64,000 bases of DNA from Eledone cirrhosa (taxonomy: Eukaryota): NCBI GenBank assembly GCA_964016885.1, contig OZ024741.1, forward strand, positions 108,376,001 to 108,440,000, written 5' to 3'. Below the pieces are notes generated by a model. That model was not told the DNA's origin and searched no databases. It saw only the letters and a program-made list of their open reading frames with translations. Position numbers and translations under genes: made by a program. Of this stretch, positions 11,121 through 25,400 are shown in pieces (the stretch's first letter is position 1; every line of letters starts with the position of its first letter).

Positions 11121-14100
11121 ATGTTGGTGGTGGTGACAGTGGTGATGGTAGTGATGGTTGTGATGATGTTGGTGGTGGTGGTGACAGTGGTGATGGTAGT
11201 GATGGTTGTGATAATGTTGGTGGTGGTGGTGACAGTGGTGATGGTAGTGATGGTTGTGATGATGATGGTGGTGGTGGTGACAGTGGTGATTGTAGTGATG
11301 GTTGTGATGTTGTTGTTGTTGGTGGTGACAGTGGTGATGGTAGTGATGGTTGTGATGTTGTTGTTGTTGGTGGTGACAGTGGTGATGGTAGTGATGGTTG
11401 TGATGATGTTGGTTGTGGTGGTGACAGTGGGGATGGTAGTGATGGTTGTGATGTTGGTGGTGGTGATGGTATTGATGGTAGTGATGGTTGTGATGATGTT
11501 GGTGGTGGTGGTGACAGTGGTGATGGTAGTGATGTTTGTGATGATGTTGTTGGTGGCGGTGGTGACAGTGGTGATGGTAGTGATGGTTGTGATGTTGTTG
11601 TTGTTGGTGTTGACAGTGTTGATGGTAGTGATCGCTGTGATGATGTTGTTGTTGTTGGTGGTGACAGTGGTGATGGTAGTGATGGTTGTGATGTTATTGT
11701 TGTTGGTGGTGGTGACAGTGGTGATGGTAGTGAGGGTTGTGATGTTGTTGTTGTTGGTGGTGACAGTGGTGATGGTAGTGATGGTTGTGATGATGTTGTT
11801 GTTGTTGGTGGTGACAGAGGTGATGGTAGTGATGGTTGTGATGTTCTTGTTGTTGTTGGTGGTGACAGTGGTGATGGTAGTGATGGTTGTGATGATGTTG
11901 GTGGTGGTGGTGACAGTGGTGATGGTAGTGATGGTTGTGATGATGTTGGTGGTGGTGACAGTGGTGATGGTAGTGATGGTTGTGATGATGTTGGTGGTGG
12001 TGGTGACTGTGGTGAAGGTAGTGATGGTTGTGATGTTGTTGTTGTTGGTGGTGACAGTGGTGATGGTAGTGATGGTTGTGATGAAGTTGGTGGTGGTGGC
12101 AGTGGTGATGGTAGTGATGGTTGTGATGATGTTGGTGGTGGTGACAGTGGTGATGGTAGTGATGGTTGTGATGTTGTTGTTGTTGGTGGTGACAGTGGTG
12201 ATGGTATTGATGGTTGTGATGATGTTGGTGGTGGTGACAGTGGTGATGGTAGTGATGGTTGTGATGTTGTTGTTGTTGGTGGTGACAGTGGTGATGGTAA
12301 TGATGGTTGTGATGATGTTGTTGGTGGTGGTGGTGACAGTGGTGATGGTAGTGATGGTTGTGATGATGTTGGTGGTGGTGACAGTGGTGATGGTAGTGAT
12401 CGTTGTGATGATGTTGGTGGTGGTGACAGTGGTGATGGTAGTGATGGTTGTGATGATGTTGGTGGTGGTGACAGTGGTGATGGTAGTGATGGTTGTGATG
12501 ATGATGGTGGTGGTGGTGACAGTGGTGATTGTAGTGATGGTTGTGATGTTGTTGTTGTTGGTGGTGACAGTGGTGATGGTAGTGATGGTTGTAATGTTGT
12601 TGGTGGTGGTGTTGACAGTGGTGATGGTAGTGATGGTTTTGATGTTGTTGTTGGTGGTGGTGACAGTGGTGATGGTAGTGATGGTTGTGATGATGTTGGT
12701 GGTGGTGACAGTGGTGATGGTAGTGATGGTTGTGATGATGTTGGTGGTAGTGGTGACAGTGGTGATGGTAGTGATGGTTGTGATAATGTTGGTGGTGGTG
12801 GTGACAGTGGTGATGGTAGTGATGGTTGTGATGATGATGGTGGTGGTGGTGACTGGTGATTGTAGTGATGGTTGTGATGTTGTTGTTGTTGGTGGTGACA
12901 GTGGTGATGGTAGTGATGGTTGTGATGTTGTTGTTGTTGGTGGTGATAGTGGTGATGGTAGTGATGGTTGTGATGATGTTGGTGGTGGTGGTGACAGTGG
13001 GGATGGTAGTGATGGTTGTGATGTTGGTGGTGGTGATGGTATTGATGGTAGTGATGGTTGTGATGATGTTGGTGGTGGTGGTGACAGTGGTGATGGTAGT
13101 GATGTTTGTGACGATGTTGTTGGTGGCGGTGGTGACAGTGATGATGGTAGTGATGGTTGTGATGTTGTTGTTGTTGGTGGTGACAGTGGTGATGGTAGTG
13201 ATGGTTGTGATGATGTTGGTGGTGGTGGTGACAGTGGGGATGGTAGTGATGGTTGTGATGTTGGTGGTGGTGATGGTATTGATGGTAGTGATGGTTGTGA
13301 TGATGTTGGTGGTGGTGGTGACAGTGGTGATGGTAGTGATGTTTGTGATGATGTTGTTGGTGGCGGTGGTGACAGTGATGATGGTAGTGATGGTTGTGAT
13401 GTTGTTGTTGTTGGTGGTGACAGTGGTGATGGTAGTGATGGTTGTGATGATGTTGTTGTTGTTGGTGGTGACAGTGGTGATGGTAGTGATGGTTGTGATG
13501 CTGTTGTTGTTGTTGGTGACAGTGGTGATGGTAGTGATGGTTGTGATGATGTTGTTGTTGTTGGTGGTGACAGTGGTGATGGTAGTGATGGTTGTGATGT
13601 TGTTGTTGTTGGTGGTGACAGTGGTGATGGTAGTGATGGTTGTGATGATGTTGTTGTTGTTGGTGGTGACAGTGGTGATGGTAGTGATGGTTGTGATGTT
13701 GTTGTTGTTGGTGGTGGTGACAGTGGTGATGGTAGTGATGGTTGTGATGATGTTGTTGTTGTTGTTGGTGGTGACAGTGGTGATGGTAGTGATGGTTGTG
13801 ATGATGTTGGTGGTGGTGACAGTGGTGATGGTAGTGATGGTTGTGATGTTGTTGATGTTGGTGGTGACAGTGGTGATGGTAGTGATGGTTGTGATGGTTG
13901 TGATGTTGTTGTTGTTGGTGGTGATGGTAGTGATGGTTGTGATGATGTTGGTGGTGGTGGTGACAGTGGTGATGGTAGTGATGGTTGTGATGATGTTGGT
14001 GGTGGTGACAGTGGTGATGGTAGTGATGGTTGTGATGTTGTTGTTGTTGGTGGTGACATTGGTGATGGTAGTGATGGTTGTGATGATGTTGTTGTTGGTG

Positions 14101-15300
14101 GTGACAGTGGTGATGGTAGTGATGGTTGTGATGTTGTTGTTGTTGGTGGTGACAGTGGTGATGGTATTGATGGTTGTGATGATGTTGGTGGTGGTGACAG
14201 TGGTGATGGTAGTGATGGTTGTGATGTTGTTGTTGTTGGTGGTGACAGTGGTGATGGTAATGATGGTTGTGATGATGTTGTTGGTGGTGGTGGTGACAGT
14301 GGTGATGGTAGTGATGGTTGTGATGATGTTGGTGGTGGTGACAGTGGTGATGGTAGTGATCGTTGTGATGATGTTGGTGGTGGTGACAGTGGTGATGGTA
14401 GTGATGGTTGTGATGATGTTGGTGGTGGTGACAGTGGTGATGGTAGTGATGGTTGTGATGATGTTGGTGGTGGTGATGACAGTGGTGATGGTAGTGATGG
14501 TTGTAATGTTGTTGGTGGTGGTGTTGACAGTGGTGATGGTAGTGATGGTTTTGATGTTGTTGTTGGTGGTGGTGACAGTGGTGATGGTAGTGATGGTTGT
14601 GATGATGTTGGTGGTGGTGACAGTGGTGATGGTAGTGATGGTTGTGATGATGTTGGTGGTGGTGGTGACAGTGGTGATGGTAGTGATGGTTGTGATAATG
14701 TTGGTGGTGGTGGTGACAGTGGTGATGGTAGTGATGGTTGTGATGATGATGGTGGTGGTGGTGACAGTGGTGATTGTAGTGATGGTTGTGATGTTGTTGT
14801 TGTTGGTGGTGACAGTGGTGATGGTAGTGATGGTTGTGATGTTGTTGTTGTTGGTGGTGACAGTGGTGATGGTAGTGATGGTTGTGATGATGTTGGTGGT
14901 GGTGGTGACAGTGGGGATGGTAGTGATGGTTGTGATGTTGGTGGTGGTGATGGCATTGATGGTAGTGATGGTTGTGATGATGTTGGTGGTGGTGGTGACA
15001 GTGGTGATGGTAGTGATATTTGTGATGATGTTGTTGGTGGCGGTGGTGACAGTGGTGATGGTAGTGATGGTTGTGATGTTGTTGTTGTTGGTGGTGACAG
15101 TGGTGATGGTAGTGATGGCTGTGATGATGTTGTTGTTGTTGGTGGTGACAGTGGTGATGGTAGTGATGGTTGTGATGTTATTGTTGTTGGTGGTGGTGAC
15201 AGTGGTGATGGTAGTGAGGGTTGTGATGTTGTTGTTGTTGGTGGTGACAGTGGTGATGGTAGTGATGGTTGTGATGATGTTGTTGTTGTTGGTGGTGACA
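4700..15300. repeat. ~1.57 kb higher-order repeat family (about 6 variable copies; boundaries approximate)
   Basis: Marker GGT-TTT-GAT at 5457, 7030, 9493, 11066, 12638 and 14550 (spacings 1573, 2463, 1573, 1572, 1912), accompanied by GATCGT, TGTAAT and GTTGAC variants. Confidence 0.88.
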
Positions 15301-16499
15301 GTGGTGATGGTAGTGATGGTCGTGATGTTGTTGTTGTTGGTGGTGGTGACAGTGGTGATGGTAGTGATGGTTGTGATGTTGTTGTTGTTGCTGGTGACAG
15401 TGGTGATGGTAGTGATGGTTGTGATGATGTTGTTGTTGTTGGTGGTGACAGTGGTGATGGTAGTGATGGTTGTGATGTTGTTGTTGTTGTTGGTGGTGAC
15501 AGTGGTGATGGTAGTGATGGTTGTGATGTTGTTGTTGGTGGTGACAGTGGTGATGGTAGTGATGGTTGTGATGATGTTGGTGGTGGTGGTGACAGTGGTG
15601 ATGGTAGTGATGGTTGTAATGTTGTTGGTGGTGGTGGTGACAGTGGTGATGGTAGTGATGGTTGTGATGTTGTTTTTGTTGGTGGTGACAGTGGTGATGG
15701 TAGTGATGGTTGTGATGATGTTGTTGTTGTTGGTGGTGACAGTGGTGATGGTAGTGATGGTTGTGATGTTGTTGTTGTTGTTGGTGGTGACAGTGGTGAT
15801 GGTAGTGATGGTTGTGATGTTGTTGTTGTTGGTGGTGACAGTGGTGATGGTAGTGATGGTTGTGATGTTGTTGTTGTTGTTGGTGGTGACAGTGGTGATG
15901 GTAGTGATGGTTGTGATGTTGTTCTTGTTGGTGGTGACAGTGGTGATGGTAGTGATGGTTGTGATGATGTTGTTGGTGGTGACAGTGGTGATGGTAGTGA
16001 TGGTTGTGATGTTGTTGTTGGTGGTGGTGACAGTGGTGATGGTAGTGATGGTTGTGATGATGTTGGTGGTGGTGACAGTGGTGATGGTAGTGATGGTTGT
16101 GATGTTGTTGTTGGTGGTGACAGTGGTGATGGTAGTGATGGTTGTGATGTTGTTGTTGTTGGTGGTGACAGTGGTGATGGTAGTGATGGTTGTGATGATG
16201 TTGGTGGTGGTGGTGACAGTGGTGATGGTAGTGATGGTTGTGATGATGTTGGTGGTGGTGACAATGGTGATGGTAGTGATGGTTGTGATGTTGTTGTTGG
16301 TGGTGGTGACAGTGGTGATGGTAGTGATGGTTGTGATGTTGTTGGTGGTGGTGACAGTGGTGATGGTTGTGATGGTTGTGATGATGTTGGTGGTGGTGGT
16401 GACAGTGGTGATGGTAGTGATGGTTGTGATGTTGTTGTTGGTGGTGACAGTGGTGATGGTAGTGATGGTTGTGATGATGTTGGTGGTGGTGGTGACAGT

Positions 16500-19400
16500 G
16501 GTGATGGTAGTGATGGTTGTGATGATGTTGGTGGTGGTGGTGACAGTGGTGATGGTAGTGATGTTTGTGATTATGTTGGTGGTGGTGGTGGTGACAGTGG
16601 TGATGGTAGTGATGGTTTGGATGTTGTTGGTGGTGGTGACAGTGGTGATGGTTGTGATGGTTGTGATGATGTTGGTGGTGGTGGTGACAGTAGTGATGGT
16701 AGTGATGGTTGTGATGTTGTTGGTGGTGGTGGCAGTGGTGATGGTTGTGATGGTTGTGATGATGTTGGTGGTGGTGATGACAGTGGTGATGGTAGTGATG
16801 GTTGTGATGATGTTGGTGGTGGTGGTGACAATGGTGATGGTATTGATGGTTGTGATGATGTTGGTGGTGGTGACAGTGGTGATGGTAGTGATGGTTGTGA
16901 TGTTGTTGTTGTTGGTGGTGGTGACAGTGGTGATGGTAGTGGTGGTTGTGATGATGTTGGTGGTGGTGGTGGTGACAATGGTGATGATAGTGATGGTTGT
17001 GATGTTGGTGGTGGTGATGGTATTGATGGTTGTGATGATGTTGGTGGTGGTGGTGACAGTGGTGATGGTAGTGATGGTTGTGATGATGTTGGTGGTGGTG
17101 ACAGTGGTGATGGTAGTGATGGTTGTGATGATGTTGGTGGTGGTGGTGACAGTGGTGATGGTAGTGATGGTTGTGATGTTGTTGTTGTTGGTGGTGACAG
17201 TGGTGATGGTAGTGATGGTTGTGATGATGTTGGTGGTGGTGGCAGTGGTGATGGTAGTGATGGTTGTGATGATGATGTTGGTGGTGGTGGTGACAGTGGT
17301 GATGGTAGTGATGGTTGTGATGTTGTTGTTGTTGGTGGTGACAGTGGTGATGGTAGTGATGGTTGTGATGTTGTTGTTGTTGGTGGTGACAGTGGTGATG
17401 GTAGTGATGGTTGTGATGTTGTTGTTGTTGGTGGTGACAGTGGTGATGGTAGTGATGGTTGTGATGTTGTTGTTGTTGGTGGTGACAGTGGTGATGGTAG
17501 TGATGGTTGTGATGTTGTTGTTGTTGGTGGTGACAGTGGTGATGGTAGTGATGGTTGTGATGTTGTTGTTGTTGGTGGTGACAGTGGTGATGGTAGTGAT
17601 GGTTGTGATGTTGTTGTTGTTGGTGGTGACAGTGGTGATGGTAGTGATGGTTGTGATGATGTTGGTTGTGGTGGCAGTGGTGATGGTAGTGATGGTTGTG
17701 ATGATGTTGGTAGTGGTGGTGACAGTGGTGATGGTAGTGATGGTTGTGATGTTGTTGTTGGTGGTGACAGTGGTGATGGTAGTGATGGTTGTGATGATGC
17801 TGTTGGTGGTGGTGACAGTGGTGATGGTAGTGATGGTTGTGATGATGTTGTTGGTGGTGGTGACAGTGGTGATGGTAGTGATGGTTGTGATGATGTTGTT
17901 GGTGGTGGTGACAGTGGTGATGGTAGTGATGGTTGTGATGATGTTGTTGGTGGTGGTGACAGTGGTGATGGTAGTCATGGTTGTGATGATGTTGGTGGTG
18001 GTGACAGTGGTGATGGTAGTGGTGGTTGTGATGATGTTGTTGGTGGTGACAGTGGTGATGGTAGTGATGGTTGTGATGATGTTGGTGGTGGTGACAGTGG
18101 TGATGGTAGTGGTGGTTGTGATGATGTTGTTGGTGGTGACAGTGGTGATGGTAGTGATGGTTGTGATGATGTTGGTGGTGGTGACAGTGGTGATGGTAGT
18201 GATGGTTGTGATGATGTTGGTGGTGGTGGTGACGGTGGTGATGGTAGAGATTGTTGTGATGAAGATGTTTGTGGTGACAGTGGTGATGGTAGTGATGGTT
18301 GTGATGATGGTGGTGGTCGTGACAGTGGTGATGGTAGTGATGGTTGTGATGTTGTTGTTGTTGGTGGTGACAGTGGTGATGGTAGTGATGGTTGTGATGA
18401 TGTTGTTGTTGTTGGTGGTGACAGTGGTGATGGTAGTGATGGTTGTGATGTTGTTGGTGGTGGTGGTGACAGTGGTGATGGTAGTGATGGTTGTGATGTT
18501 GTTTTTGTTGGTGGTGACAGAGGTGATGGTAGTGATGGTTGTGATGATGTTGTTGTTGTTGGTGGTGACAGTGGTGATGGTAGTGATGGTTGTGATGTTG
18601 TTGTTGTTGTTGGTGGTGACAGTGGTGATGGTAGTGATGGTTGTGATGTTGTTGTTGTTGGTGGTGACAGTGGTGATGGTAGTGATGGTTGTGATGTTGT
18701 TGTTGTTGTTGGTGGTGACAGTGGTGATGGTAGTGATGGTTGTGATGTTGTTCTTGTTGGTGGTGACAGTGGTGATGGTAGTGATGGTTGTGATGATGTT
18801 GGTGGTGGTGGTGACGGTGGTGATGGTAGTGATTGTTGTGATGAAGATGTTGGTGGTGACAGTGGTGATGGTAGTGATGGTTGTGATGATGGTGGTGGTC
18901 GTGACAGTGGTGATGGTAGTGATGGTTGTGATGTTGTTGTTGTTGGTGGTGACAGTGGTGATGGTAGTGATGGTTGTGATGATGTTGTTGTTGTTGGTGG
19001 TGACAGTGGTGATGGTAGTGATGGTTGTGATGTTGTTGTTGTTGTTGGTGGTGACAGTGGTGATGGTAGTGATGGTTGTGATGTTGTTGTTGTTGGTGGT
19101 GACAGTGGTGATGGTAGTGATGGTTGTGATGATGTTGGTGGTGGTGGTGACAGTGGTGATGGTAGTGATGGTTGTGATGTTGTTGGTGGTGCTGGTGACA
19201 GTGGTGATGGTAGTGATGGTTGTGATGTTGTTTTTGTTGGTGGTGACAGTGGTGATGGTAGTGATGGTTGTGATGTTGTTGTTGTTGTTGGTGGTGACAG
19301 TGGTGATGGTAGTGATGGTTGTGATGTTGTTCTTGTTGGTGGTGACAGTGGTGATGGTAGTGATGGTTGTGATGATGTTGTTGGTGGTGACAGTGGTGAT

Positions 19401-22400
19401 GGTAGTGATGGTTGTGATGTTGTTGTTGGTGGTGGTGACAGTGGTGATGGTAGTGATGGTTGTGATGATGTTGGTGGTGGTGACAGTGGTGATGGTAGTG
19501 ATGGTTGTGATGTTGTTGTTGGTGGTGACAGTGGTGATGGTAGTGATGGTTGTGATGTTGTTGTTGTTGGTGGTGACAGTGGTGATGGTAGTGATGGTTG
19601 TGATGATGTTGGTGGTGGTGGTGACAGTGGTGATGGTAGTGATGGTTGTGATGATGTTGGTGGTGGTGGTGACAGTGGTGATGGTAGTGATGGTTGTGAT
19701 GATGTTGGTGGTGGTGGTGACAGTGGTGATGGTAGTGATGGTTGTGATGATGTTGGTGGTGGTGACAATGGTGATGGTAGTGATGGTTGTGATGTTGTTG
19801 TTGGTGGTGGTGACAGTGGTGATGGTAGTAATGGTTGTGATGTTGTTGGTGGTGGTGACAGTGGTGATGGTTGTGATGGTTGTGATGATGTTGGTGGTGG
19901 TGGTGACAGTGGTGATGGTAGTGATTGTTGTGATGTTGTTGTTGGTGGTGACAGTGGTGATGGTAGTGATGGTTGTGATGATGTTGGTGGTGGTGGTGAC
20001 AGTGGTGATGGTAGTGATGTTTGTGATTATGTTGGTGGTGGTGGTGGTGACAGTGGTGATGGTAGTGATGGTTGTGATGTTGTTGGTGGTGGTGACAGTG
20101 GTGATGGTTGTGATGGTTGTGATGATGTTGGTGGTGGTGGTGACAGTAGTGATGGTAGTGATGGTTGTGATGTTGTTGGTGGTGGTGACAGTGGTGATGG
20201 TTGTGATGGTTGTGATGGTGTTGGTGGTGGTGATGACAGTGGTGATGGTAGTGATGGTTGTGATGATGTTGGTGGTGGTGGTGACAATGGTGATGGTATT
20301 GATGGTTGTGATGATGTTGGTGGTGGTGACAGTGGTGATGGTAGTGATGGTTGAGATGTTGTTGTTGTTGGTGGTGGTGACAGTGGTGATGGTAGTGGTG
20401 GTTGTGATGATGTTGGTGGTGGTGGTGGTGACAATGGTGATGATAGTGATGGTTGTGATGTTGGTGGTGGTGATGGTATTGATGGTTGTGATGATGTTGG
20501 TGGTGGTGGTGACAGTGGTGATGGTAGTGATGGTTGTGATGTTGTTGTTGGTGGTGACAGTGGGGATGGTAGTGATGGTTGTGATGATGTTGGTGGTGGT
20601 GACAGTGGTGATGGTAGTGATGGTTGTGATGATGTTGGTGGTGGTGGTGACAGTGGTGATGGTAGTGATGGTTGTGATGTTGTTGTTGTTGGTGGTGACA
20701 GTGGTGATGGTAGTGATGGTTGTGATGATGTTGGTGGTGGTGGTGGTGACAGTGGTGATGGTAGTGATGGTTGTGATGTTGTTGTTGTTGGTGGTGACAG
20801 TGGTCATGGTAGTGATGGTTGTGATGATGTTGGTGGTGGTGGCAGTGGTGATGGTAGTGATGGTTGTGATGATGATGTTGGTGGTGGTGGTGACAGTGGT
20901 GATGGTAGTGATGGTTGTGATGTTGTTGTTGTTGGTGGTGACAGTGGTGATGGTAGTGATGGTTGTGATGTTGTTGTTGTTGGTGGTGACAGTGGTGATG
21001 GTAGTGATGGTTGTGATGTTGTTGTTGTTGGTGGTGACAGTGGTGATGGTAGTGATGGTTGTGATGTTGTTGTTGTTGGTGGTGACAGTGGTGATGGTAG
21101 TGATGGTTGTGATGTTGTTGTTGTTGGTGGTGACAGTGGTGATGGTAGTGTTGGTTGTGATGTTGTTGTTGTTGGTGGTGACAGTGGTGATGGTAGTGAT
21201 GGTTGTGATGTTGTTGTTGGTGGTGACAGTGGTGATGGTAGTGATGGTTGTGATGATGTTGTTGTTGTTGGTGGTGACAGTGGTGATGGTAGTGATGGTT
21301 GTGATGTTGTTGTTGTTGTTGGTGGTGACAGTGGTGATGGTAGTGATGGTTGTGATGTTGTTGTTGTTGGTGGTGACAGTGGTGATGGTAGTGATGGTTG
21401 TGATGATGTTGGTGGTGGTGGTGACAGTGGTGATGGTAGTGCTGGTTGTGATGTTGTTGGTGGTGGTGGTGACAGTGGTGATGGTAGTGATGGTTGTGAT
21501 GTTGTTTTTGTTGGTGGTGACAGAGGTGATGGTAGTGATGGTTGTGATGATGTTGTTGTTGTTGGTGGTGACAGTGGTGATGGTAGTGATGGTTGTGATG
21601 TTGTTGTTGTTGTTGGTGGTGACAGTGGTGATGGTAGTGATGGTTGTGATGTTGTTGTTGTTGGTGGTGACAGTGGTGATGGTAGTGACGGTTGTGATGT
21701 TGTTGTTGTTGTTGGTGGTGACAGTGGTGATGGTAGTGATGGTTGTGATGTTGTTCTTGTTGGTGGTGACAGTGGTGATGGTAGTGATGGTTGTGATGAT
21801 GTTGGTGGTGGTGGTGACGGTGGTGATGGTAGTGATTGTTGTGATGAAGATGTTGGTGGTGACAGTGGTGATGGTAGTGATGGTTGTGATGATGGTGGTG
21901 GTCGTGACAGTGGTGATGGTAGTGATGGTTGTGATGTTGTTGTTGTTGGTGGTGACAGTGGTGATGGTAGTGATGGTTGTGATGTTGTTGTTGTTGGTGG
22001 TGACAGTGGTGATGGTAGTGATGGTTGTGATGTTGTTGTTGTTGGTGGTGACAGTGGTGATGGTAGTGATGGTTGTGATGTTGTTGTTGTTGGTGGTGAC
22101 AGTGGTGATGGTAGTGATGGTTGTGATGTTGTTGTTGTTGGTGGTGACAGTGGTGATGGTAGTGTTGGTTGTGATGTTGTTGTTGTTGGTGGTGACAATG
22201 GTGATGGTAGTGATGGTTGTGATGTTGTTGTTGGTGGTGGTGACAGTGGTGATGGTAGTGATGGTTGTGATGATGTTGTTGTTGTTGGTGGTGACAGTGG
22301 TGATGGTAGTGATGGTTGTGATGTTGTTGTTGTTGTTGGTGGTGACAGTGGTGATGGTAGTGATGGTTGTGATGTTGTTGTTGTTGGTGGTGACAGTGGT

Positions 22401-25400
22401 GATGGTAGTGATGGTTGTGATGATGTTGGTGGTGGTGGTGACAGTGGTGATGGTAGTGATGGTTGTGATGTTGTTGGTGGTGGTGGTGACAGTGGTGATG
22501 GTAGTGATGGTTGTGATGTTGTTTTTGTTGGTGGTGACAGTGGTGATGGTAGTGATGGTTGTGATGATGTTGTTGTTGTTGGTGGTGACAGTGGTGATGG
22601 TAGTGATGGTTGTGATGTTGTTGTTGTTGTTGGTGGTGACAGTGGTGATGGTAGTGATGGTTGTGATGTTGTTGTTGTTGTTGGTGGTGACAGTGGTGAT
22701 GGTAGTGATGGTTGTGATGTTGTTCTTGTTGGTGGTGACAGTGGTGATGGTAGTGATGGTTGTGATGATGTTGTTGGTGATGACAGTGGTGATGGTAGTG
22801 ATGGTTGTGATGTTGTTGTTGGTGGTGGTGACAGTGGTGATGGTAGTGATGGTTGTGATGATGTTGGTGGTGGTGACAGTGGTGATGGTAGTGATGGTTG
22901 TGATGTTGTTGTTGGTGGTGACAGTGGTGATGGTAGTGATGGTTGTGATGTTGTTGTTGTTGGTGGTGACAGTGGTGATGGTAGTGATGGTTGTGATGAT
23001 GTTGGTGGTGGTGGTGACAGTGGTGATGGTAGTGATGGTTGTGATGATGTTGGTGGTGGTGGTGACAGTGGTGATGGTAGTGATGGTTGTGATGATGTTG
23101 GTGGTGGTGGTGACAGTGGTGATGGTAGTGATGGTTGTGATGATGTTGGTGGTGGTGACAATGGTGATGGTAGTGATGGTTGTGATGTTGTTGTTGGTGG
23201 TGGTGACAGTGGTGATGGTAGTAATGGTTGTGATGTTGTTGGTGGTGGTGACAGTGGTGATGGTTGTGATGGTTGTGATGGTGTTGGTGGTGGTGATGAC
23301 AGTGGTGATGGTAGTGATGGTTGTGATGATGTTGGTGGTGGTGGTGACAGTGGTGATGGTAGTGATTGTTGTGATGTTGTTGTTGGTGGTGACAGTGGTG
23401 ATGGTAGTGATGGTTGTGATGATGTTGGTGGTGGTGGTGACAGTGGTGATGGTAGTGATGTTTGTGATTATGTTGGTGGTGGTGGTGGTGACAGTGGTGA
23501 TGGTAGTGATGGTTGTGATGTTGTTGGTGGTGGTGACAGTGGTGATGGTTGTGATGGTTGTGATGATGTTGGTGGTGGTGGTGACAGTAGTGATGGTAGT
23601 GATGGTTGTGATGTTGTTGGTGGTGGTGACAGTGGTGATGGTTGTGATGGTTGTGATGGTGTTGGTGGTGGTGATGACAGTGGTGATGGTAGTGATGGTT
23701 GTGATGATGTTGGTGGTGGTGGTGACAATGGTGATGGTATTGATGGTTGTGATGATGTTGGTGGTGGTGACAGTGGTGATGGTAGTGATGGTTGAGATGT
23801 TGTTGTTGTTGGTGGTGGTGACAGTGGTGATGGTAGTGGTGGTTGTGATGATGTTGGTGGTGGTGGTGGTGACAATGGTGATGATAGTGATGGTTGTGAT
23901 GTTGGTGGTGGTGATGGTATTGATGGTTGTGATGATGTTGGTGGTGGTGGTGACAGTGGTGATGGTAGTGATGGTTGTGATGTTGTTGTTGGTGGTGACA
24001 GTGGGGATGGTAGTGATGGTTGTGATGATGTTGGTGGTGGTGACAGTGGTGATGGTAGTGATGGTTGTGATGATGTTGGTGGTGGTGGTGACAGTGGTGA
24101 TGGTAGTGATGGTTGTGATGTTGTTGTTGTTGGTGGTGACAGTGGTGATGGTAGTGATGGTTGTGATGATGGTGGTGGTGGTGGTGACAGTGGTGATGGT
24201 AGTGATGGATGTGATGTTGTTGTTGTTGGTGGTGACAGTGGTCATGGTAGTGATGGTTGTGATGATGTTGGTGGTGGTGGCAGTGGTGATGGTAGTGATG
24301 GTTGTGATGATGATGTTGGTGGTGGTGGTGACAGTGGTGATGGTAGTGATGGTTGTGATGTTGTTGTTGTTGGTGGTGACAGTGGTGATGGTAGTGATGG
24401 TTGTGATGTTGTTGTTGTTGGTGGTGACAGTGGTGATGGTAGTGATGGTTGTGATGTTGTTGTTGTTGGTGGTGACAGTGGTGATGGTAGTGATGGTTGT
24501 GATGTTGTTGTTGTTGGTGGTGACAGTGGTGATGGTAGTGATGGTTGTGATGTTGTTGTTGTTGGTGGTGACAGTGGTGATGGTAGTGATGGTTGTGATG
24601 TTGTTGTTGTTGGTGGTGACAGTGGTGATGGTAGTGATGGTTGTGATGTTGTTGTTGTTGGTGGTGACAGTGGTGATGGTAGTGATGGTTGTGATGATGT
24701 TGGTTGTGGTGGCAGTGGTGATGGTAGTGATGGTTGTGATGATGTTGGTAGTGGTGGTGACAGTGGTGATGGTAGTGATGGTTGTGATGTTGTTGTTGGT
24801 GGTGACAGTGGTGATGGTAGTGATGGTTGTGATGATGCTGTTGGTGGTGGTGACAGTGGTGATGGTAGTGATGGTTGTGATGATGTTGTTGGTGGTGGTG
24901 ACAGTGGTGATGGTAGTGATGGTTGTGATGATGTTGTTGGTGGTGGTGACAGTGGTGATGGTAGTGATGGTTGTGATGATGTTGTTGGTGGTGGTGACAG
25001 TGGTGATGGTAGTCATGGTTGTGATGATGTTGGTGGTGGTGACAGTGGTGATGGTAGTGGTGGTTGTGATGATGTTGTTGGTGGTGACAGTGGTGATGGT
25101 AGTGATGGTTGTGATGATGTTGGTGGTGGTGACAGTGGTGATGGTAGTGGTGGTTGTGATGATGTTGTTGGTGGTGACAGTGGTGATGGTAGTGATGGTT
25201 GTGATGATGTTGGTGGTGGTGACAGTGGTGATGGTAGTGATGGTTGTGATGATGTTGGTGGTGGTGGTGACGGTGGTGATGGTAGAGATTGTTGTGATGA
25301 AGATGTTTGTGGTGACAGTGGTGATGGTAGTGATGGTTGTGATGATGGTGGTGGTCGTGACAGTGGTGATGGTAGTGATGGTTGTGATGTTGTTGTTGTT

